Positions 63,326-64,000 of a DNA stretch of 64,000 nucleotides are shown here, one piece after another; positions within the stretch are counted from its first letter, which is position 1; each line of letters starts with the position of its first letter. This DNA is from Patescibacteria group bacterium. GTDB lineage: Bacteria; Patescibacteriota; Minisyncoccia; Ryanbacterales; GWA2-47-10b. The notes below the pieces were generated by a model that was not told where the DNA came from, made no database searches, and worked only from the letters and a program-made list of their open reading frames with translations. The translations under genes were made by a program, and so were the position numbers. The stretch is from positions 2,793 through 66,792 of the forward strand of contig JBBTQY010000005.1 of assembly GCA_038065475.1 (NCBI GenBank), read 5' to 3'.

Positions 63326-64000
63326 ATGATGTACTCAATTCACACGTCACGCGGCATAGCTCTTCCCGCTGTGCTTATCGTCATCGCAACCCTGCTTGTG
63401 GTGGGAGGCGGTTATTATTATTTTGCTGGTAGTGCACTCGAGCAAGCGCAATGTCCTGCCGATGCAAAGCTCTGCTCTGACGGCTCAGCAGTGGGTCGCA
63501 CGGGCCCCAACTGCGAATTTGCTGCGTGTCCGGGTGACGACGCCATGAAAAAAGATGATGCCATGATGAAGGACGACGAGGCCATGATGAAAGAAGATGG
63601 CGCCATGATGGACACAAAGGATGATGCAATGATGCAAGAAGGCGATTCCATAATGCTTCAGCTCTCAGGCACGGTTCTTGCAGGATCAAAAGCGCCGCTC
63701 ATTGATTTCAATAAAGCTGACTATGACAAGGCGATTGCGTCTGACAAGCTTGTGGTGCTGTATTTTTACGCTGATTGGTGCCCGATTTGCCGCGCTGAAT
63801 TTCCAAAGATGCAACAGGCATTCCATGAACTCTCGACTGACAAGGTAGTAGGTTTCCGCGTGAACTACAAAGACGACTTTACCGATGCTGACGAGATGGC
63901 TCTTGCCCGTCAGTTTGGTGTTGCCTACCAGCATACAAAAATATTTTTGAAGGGAGGTCAGCAGATACTCAAAGCTCCCGATTCGTGGGAGAAGGCACGC
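63326..64000 (+). CDS. membrane-anchored thioredoxin-fold protein (WCPIC active site) with (D/E)DAMMK tandem repeats; 3' end beyond the window
   Basis: Manual translation: MMYSIHTSRGIALPAVLIVIATLLVVGGG...CPADAKLC...DDAMKKDDAMMKDDEAMMKEDGAMMDTKDDAMMQEGDS...VVLYFYADWCPICRAEFPKMQQAF. Absent from the ORF track because there is no stop codon within the window. Confidence 0.7.
   Translation, partial: MMYSIHTSRGIALPAVLIVIATLLVVGGGYYYFAGSALEQAQCPADAKLCSDGSAVGRTGPNCEFAACPGDDAMKKDDAMMKDDEAMMKEDGAMMDTKDDAMMQEGDSIMLQLSGTVLAGSKAPLIDFNKADYDKAIASDKLVVLYFYADWCPICRAEFPKMQQAFHELSTDKVVGFRVNYKDDFTDADEMALARQFGVAYQHTKIFLKGGQQILKAPDSWEKAR

Overview
The window is about 64 kb from a small-genome bacterium whose gene content suggests Patescibacteria/CPR, possibly Saccharibacteria-like (this assignment is inference only). 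It uses the standard genetic code and is densely packed with genes. Background GC is roughly 45-50%, with several sharply GC-richer segments (about 60%) that encode secreted or membrane proteins. Recognisable core genes are ksgA (partial), a UvrD/PcrA helicase, a LysM-M23 peptidase, comM/yifB, rpsO-(NYN)-pnp, a xerC/D-like recombinase, cca, eight tRNAs, hup, rny, gpmI, clpP-tig, an H+-pyrophosphatase, nusA, rpmB, an M50 protease and a DEDD exonuclease. A large type IV pilus locus follows a two-component system: pilB, pilC, six or more prepilin-like genes including two ~940-aa PilX_N-domain giants, and pilMNO; no secretin, peptidase or retraction ATPase is present. A separate pilin gene lies elsewhere. 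The most unusual part is a GC-rich island at 11.8-16.0 kb, between the recombinase and a tRNA cluster. It has a ~475-nt promoter-to-terminator noncoding purine-rich segment on the minus strand, divergently paired with a consensus-promoter operon of three unknown membrane-associated proteins. Other notable loci are two paralogous secreted proteins with Thr/Pro linkers and MopE-like Cys-rich C-termini, a tRNA-bounded AT-rich segment carrying TTTCACGTGAAA-type palindromes inside a YraN-like gene, a five-repeat Ig-like surface protein with a Pro8-Gly15 tract, and a leaderless XRE regulator with palindromic operators. All coordinates and motifs were read by eye from the sequence, and no database searches were possible.
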